In this document: positions 60,038-64,000 of the stretch, piece after piece
How the letters are laid out: each line of letters begins with the position of its first letter
Position numbering within the stretch: position 1 is the stretch's first letter
Assembly: GCA_913040915.1 (NCBI GenBank)
Contig: CAJWHW010000001.1
Location: 1 to 64,000, forward strand
Source of the DNA: an uncultured Fidelibacterota bacterium
GTDB lineage: Bacteria > Fidelibacterota > Marinisomatia > Marinisomatales > UBA1611
Direction: 5' to 3'
DNA length: 64,000 nt
Made by a program: the position numbers and the translations under genes
Notes under the pieces: model-generated
What the model saw: only the letters and a program-made list of their open reading frames with translations
Database searches by the model: none
What the model was told of the DNA's origin: nothing

Positions 60038-60481
60038 ATGGATATTATTTTATTAAAGGATGTAGATGGACTTGGTGAAGCAGGTGATATTGTAACGGTC
60101 AAGCCGGGTTATGCCCGAAACAAACTAGTTCCAGAAGGGCTGGCGCTTCGAGCATCTAAAAGAAATTTAGCAGTCGCTAAAGAACGTAAGCAAATTGCAA
60201 AAACCCGTGAGGCCCGGGAAACTGCATCACATCAAGCTTTAATCAAAAAATTGTCAAAAACTGAGATTACAATTGAAGCTCAAGTCGGAGAGGAGGAAAA
60301 GATGTTTGGGTCTGTGACTACGATGGATATTCACAAAGCATTGGAAGAAAAAGGCATTGCTGTAGACCGACATGCCATTTTACTGGAAGAGCCAATTAAA
60401 GCACTTGGTATCTACCATGTATCTGTTCGAGTGGGACCTACACTTAATGGTGATGTGAAGATTTATGTGATAAAAGCATAA
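60038..60481 (+). CDS. rplI: 50S ribosomal protein L9; start moved to ATG 60038
   Basis: MDIILLKDV..LG..G..V.VKPGYARN, FGSVT, PIK.LG. Confidence 0.95.
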   Translation: MDIILLKDVDGLGEAGDIVTVKPGYARNKLVPEGLALRASKRNLAVAKERKQIAKTREARETASHQALIKKLSKTEITIEAQVGEEEKMFGSVTTMDIHKALEEKGIAVDRHAILLEEPIKALGIYHVSVRVGPTLNGDVKIYVIKA

Positions 60482-60549
60482 CTTATAAACCTATAATACT
60501 CCTCCCCTGTAACTTGATACATAAAAATATCAGGATCGGGGGTTTTTTA

Positions 60550-60578
60550 TTGCCCTTAGAAATCCAGAACTATAAACT
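60550..60578 (+). promoter_or_regulatory. Sigma70-like promoter just upstream of priA
   Basis: TTGCCC-17 nt-TAAACT-8 nt-ATG(60587). Confidence 0.45.
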
Positions 60579-60586
60579 CGCTGGTT

Positions 60587-62824
60587 ATGTTTGTAGATGT
60601 TGCCTTTCCTATCTCCGGTTTTCAAACCTTTACGTATAAAGTCCCGGTTAATCTGGTCAAACATATTCAAATTGGATCTAGGGTTAGGGTTCAGTTTGGT
60701 GCTCAAAAAACAAATGGGATTATTACAGGAATAAAACAAAAAACGTCTTATTTCGGAAAAGTAAGAGAAATTAGCGCATTGGTAGATGATGTAAAAATCA
60801 TGACACCGGAACTTTGGAAATTGATTCAATGGATGAGCCATTATTATATGACATCTGTTGGGCAAGTCGCCAAAGCAGTACTACCCAAAAATTTATCAAC
60901 TCGTTACAACCCGCCTAAAAACTGGATGGTAGAACCAAACCCTATCTTTGCTGATGAAGATTTAAAAAAAACTAAACGCCGTGCTCCTAAGCAATATGAA
61001 ATTTTTCAGAAAATTTTGACTGCTGATCATCCACTAAAGGTTTCGTCTTTGAAAAATAATTCTTCCAGTGTATTAGCAAGTTGTAGAGGCTTGGAAAGAC
61101 GAGGGCTTGTAAAACTCTTTGAAGAAACATCCTTGCCGGATGTAACTGGTTTTACTTTTGACCCTATTTATAAAAAAGTTGATTTTAATGACCATCAACA
61201 GGAAGCGGTGAGTCAAATAACTTTGGCAATGGATTCAAATATATATACACCCTTTTTATTACATGGTGTAACAAGTAGTGGTAAGACTGAAATATATATA
61301 GAATCCGTTCGCCATTGCCTGGATCAAAATCGTACGGCAATCATTTTGCTTCCTGAAATTTCTCTCACTCCGCAAATTGCGGGAAGATTTAGAGCTGTAT
61401 TTGGTGATACCATCGCATTGTGGCACTCTAAACTAACACAGGCTCAAAGATCCTGGACATGGAAGGAAATATGTAAAGGATCATTCCAAGTTGTCATTGG
61501 AGCTAGAAGTGCTGTGTTTGCTCCTTTAAAAAACCTAGGATTAATTGTTGTAGATGAAGAACAAGAATCATCCTTTCGCCAAGATTCACCTGCGCCACGG
61601 TATCATGCCAGAGATGTATCACTTGTAAGAGCTAAATATGAAGCAGCTTGTGTTGTCCTATCAAGTGCCACACCCAGCTTGGAAAGTTATTATAATCATT
61701 TGAATAAAAAATTAACTTATTTACATCTTCCTAAGCGTTATGGTGGTGCTAAATATCCTCAGGTGCATTTAGTCGATATGCTGAATGAAAATGATGAGTC
61801 AGGAAAATTTGGACAAATCTTCTCTGGTTTATTGCAGGATAAGATTGAGGCTCGCCTTCAGAAAAACGAACAAATAATTTTATTACAAAATCGACGGGGA
61901 TATTCTCCAGTGGTTCGATGTTCCGATTGCGGAGAGATAGTCATGTGTCCTCAATGCAAAGTAGCACTCACGTTTCATATCAAAGAATCCCAATTAATAT
62001 GTCATTGTTGTGGCCATTTTGAAACACAACAATGGGAAGTATGTATCAGTTGTCAAAGTCCCAACATTAAATATTCAGGGACTGGCACCCAGCGGGTCGA
62101 AGCAATCCTTAAAGAAATGTTCCCAAAAGCGATAGTGGAAAGATTGGACATGGATACAGCCAGAACTGGGAAGGGCCTTACTAGTATCCTTAAAAAGTTT
62201 TCTAACGGAGAGATCGATATTTTGCTTGGTACCCAAATGATTGCTAAGGGGTTAGATTTTCCCAATGCTACTTTGGTAGGTATTATTAATTCTGATCTTG
62301 GATTACACCTTCCTGACTTTCGTTCAGGGGAGCGAATTTTTCAACTCATTTATCAAGCTGCAGGCAGAGCTGGAAGAAATACGAAATTAGGTGAAGTGGT
62401 GATACAAACATATTCACCGGACAACCCGGTAATAAAAAATGCCGCTCAATTAAATATGAAAAAGTATTATAACATTGCACTCAGAGAAAGAAAAGAATTA
62501 CAATATCCGCCTTTCAGTTGGTTAGCAAAAATAGAAATAATTGGTAAAAATCAATCATCTGTAGAATTATTATCGAAGAGAATCGCTAAAACTCTCAAGG
62601 GGGACTACAAGGGATTAAAAATTCTTGGACCCGTACCTTGTTATTTAGAAAAACTTCGGAACAATTATAGGTATCAAATCGTGTTTAAATCAATTAAAGA
62701 AAAAGATGTTAATGGGAAAAAACTCCATCACTTTATTCAAACAAATTTCATGGATATTCAGAAAAAACTTCGTATTGGACAAAATAGAATCAATATACAT
62801 TTTGATCCATTAAGTTTGATTTGA
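60587..62824 (+). CDS. priA: Primosomal protein N'
   Basis: GVTSSGKTE, PEISLTPQ, VDEEQ, SATP, four CxxC pairs, GTQMIAKGLDF, GRAGR. Confidence 0.96.
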   Translation: MFVDVAFPISGFQTFTYKVPVNLVKHIQIGSRVRVQFGAQKTNGIITGIKQKTSYFGKVREISALVDDVKIMTPELWKLIQWMSHYYMTSVGQVAKAVLPKNLSTRYNPPKNWMVEPNPIFADEDLKKTKRRAPKQYEIFQKILTADHPLKVSSLKNNSSSVLASCRGLERRGLVKLFEETSLPDVTGFTFDPIYKKVDFNDHQQEAVSQITLAMDSNIYTPFLLHGVTSSGKTEIYIESVRHCLDQNRTAIILLPEISLTPQIAGRFRAVFGDTIALWHSKLTQAQRSWTWKEICKGSFQVVIGARSAVFAPLKNLGLIVVDEEQESSFRQDSPAPRYHARDVSLVRAKYEAACVVLSSATPSLESYYNHLNKKLTYLHLPKRYGGAKYPQVHLVDMLNENDESGKFGQIFSGLLQDKIEARLQKNEQIILLQNRRGYSPVVRCSDCGEIVMCPQCKVALTFHIKESQLICHCCGHFETQQWEVCISCQSPNIKYSGTGTQRVEAILKEMFPKAIVERLDMDTARTGKGLTSILKKFSNGEIDILLGTQMIAKGLDFPNATLVGIINSDLGLHLPDFRSGERIFQLIYQAAGRAGRNTKLGEVVIQTYSPDNPVIKNAAQLNMKKYYNIALRERKELQYPPFSWLAKIEIIGKNQSSVELLSKRIAKTLKGDYKGLKILGPVPCYLEKLRNNYRYQIVFKSIKEKDVNGKKLHHFIQTNFMDIQKKLRIGQNRINIHFDPLSLI

Positions 62825-62841
62825 TTAGCTAAGGAATAATA

Positions 62842-63756
62842 ATGAGATATTTTTATATCATTTTAATTTTTTATGTATATGCCTTATTATCAATCTGTTT
62901 TGGAAAAACGGGCTACCCTTCATTCGATGTTTTCCATTCACCATCCCAATTAAGTCTTGGAGGAGCAGGGTTTCTGAACCCTTCTCCAATATCATCAAAA
63001 ATGAATCCATCTGTTGCGGACACGGGAAAAAAATTTTCTACTTCAATCATTCGATATCATGCAAATATCATAAGTCAAAGTGTAGGATTGAGTGTCCCTT
63101 GGAGAAACGGGGTGGGGACTTTTTTTATAAGCCACATTTCATATGGAACATTCAATGGCTATGATACAGATGGGGACCCAACAGGGAAGTATCAATCAGG
63201 AGATACGTGGCTTAATGGTGTCTATTCAAAACAATTAAAATTTTTTCCTGTAAGGACCGGATTCTCCATACAATATTTCAATTCCGTTCTCAAGGATCAT
63301 AATATTATAGCTCTTTTATTTTCTTTGGGAAGTGAAGTGTTTATTCATAGTGTTAATGGAAGCTTAGGAGTCTCTTTCCATAATATTGGTTTTACTTTTA
63401 AAACAAATAATTTTGCTAAAGGCAGTTTTGCACCCAAAACAGTATTGAGTGGTTCAAAGGAATTAGCCCACCTTCCTCTCACCTTGTTTTTTGATTCAGT
63501 ATATTTAAATCAGGGAGGGGAGAGTGATGTATTTTTAGGGGGTATATTTAAATTAAAAAATAATTTGCGGTTTCAATGGGGTTCATCTACGCGTAAAATT
63601 AATCATAATATAAATCAGGATATTTTCCAAACTATTTTGGGCGCTACAGGACTTGGTATAGGTTATTGCACTGATCAAACTAAATTTCATTATGGCACAT
63701 TTGTTTTTGGTACCGGAGCCAGTAGTCATGGTCTAGAAATTACGGTTCAGCTATGA
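62842..63756 (+). CDS. PorV/PorQ-like outer-membrane beta-barrel
   Basis: Signal peptide; LSLGGA...MNPS N-terminal plug motif; SYGTFNGYDTDG.PTG; amphipathic strands. Confidence 0.55.
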   Translation: MRYFYIILIFYVYALLSICFGKTGYPSFDVFHSPSQLSLGGAGFLNPSPISSKMNPSVADTGKKFSTSIIRYHANIISQSVGLSVPWRNGVGTFFISHISYGTFNGYDTDGDPTGKYQSGDTWLNGVYSKQLKFFPVRTGFSIQYFNSVLKDHNIIALLFSLGSEVFIHSVNGSLGVSFHNIGFTFKTNNFAKGSFAPKTVLSGSKELAHLPLTLFFDSVYLNQGGESDVFLGGIFKLKNNLRFQWGSSTRKINHNINQDIFQTILGATGLGIGYCTDQTKFHYGTFVFGTGASSHGLEITVQL

Positions 63757-64000
63757 TTAAATCCTTCATTATTAGAGTTTTGGTGACATTTACTTGCCTT
63801 GTTGGGCAAAATAATTATCCCATCGTATTGATCCATGGATTTATGGGTTGGGGCTCTGAAGAGATGGGTGGTTACAATTATTGGGGAGGGATTAAAGATT
63901 ATGCTCAAATGCTCCGCGATGAAGGTAGTACAGTATTTACAGTTTCTGTTGGCCCAGTTTCATCAAATTGGGAAAGAGCAATTGAGGTTTATACACAATT
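63753..64000 (+). CDS. Exported lipase (Geobacillus/Staphylococcus-like), 3'-truncated; not in the ORF track
   Basis: Hand translation MIKSFIIRVLVTFTCLVGQNNYPIVLIHGFMGWG...YWGG...SVGPVSSNWERAIEVY; ATGA overlap with the previous stop. Confidence 0.85.
   Translation, partial: MIKSFIIRVLVTFTCLVGQNNYPIVLIHGFMGWGSEEMGGYNYWGGIKDYAQMLRDEGSTVFTVSVGPVSSNWERAIEVYTQ

Noticed and set aside
59240..60481. No ssb/priB between rpsF and rpsR
   Set aside because: rpsF-rpsR-rplI without ssb is common, including in Bacteroidota.
60497..60549. Possible terminator after rplI
   Set aside because: A T-tract is present but the stem is interrupted with a long loop; too weak to call.
95..62265. Many short ORFs overlapping or antisense to long genes (e.g. 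765..1025, 12028..12570, 22347..22838, 44642..45136, 50087..50590, 56095..56475)
   Set aside because: They lie within well-supported genes and have no recognisable motifs; shadow ORFs.
1..64000. CRISPR arrays, IS elements, prophage, integrase at tRNA-Gln, rRNA
   Set aside because: No spaced direct repeats, transposase, integrase or phage ORFs seen; the tRNA is flanked by its usual neighbours ispE and prs.

Overview
AT-rich, gene-dense bacterial chromosome segment with no mobile elements, rRNA or CRISPR. The Bacteroidota-type sdhCAB, ExbB-ExbD-ExbD-TonB, PorV-like barrel and acidic surface proteins point to an FCB-group organism, most plausibly Marinimicrobia/SAR406 (inference). Most of the window is housekeeping: ppdK, gshA-like, sdhCAB, lipid A genes, fabA/fabL-like, uvrA, ruvB, queA, ispDFE, tRNA-Gln, prs-rplY-pth, a membrane PPase, rpsF-rpsR-rplI and priA. 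The standout is the operon at 1-5198: an outer-membrane/TPR protein, MotA, MotB, a remodelled FliF-like protein and FliG, followed by a terminator, with no other flagellar gene in the window. The FliF-like protein keeps only the RBM3 ring and has a ~190-aa periplasmic coiled-coil stalk; FliG has an altered FliM-binding motif and torque helix. This looks like a candidate Na+-driven, non-flagellar rotary machine, although the operon start lies outside the window. Other leads are a Leptospira-like lipid A modification operon (GnnA-, LmtA- and LpxJ-like), a shared C-terminal G-x-P membrane anchor on three exported proteins, a cluster of three exported beta-repeat proteins, FabA apparently outside Proteobacteria and several apparently leaderless promoters. 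All calls are from motif recognition by eye; no searches were run.
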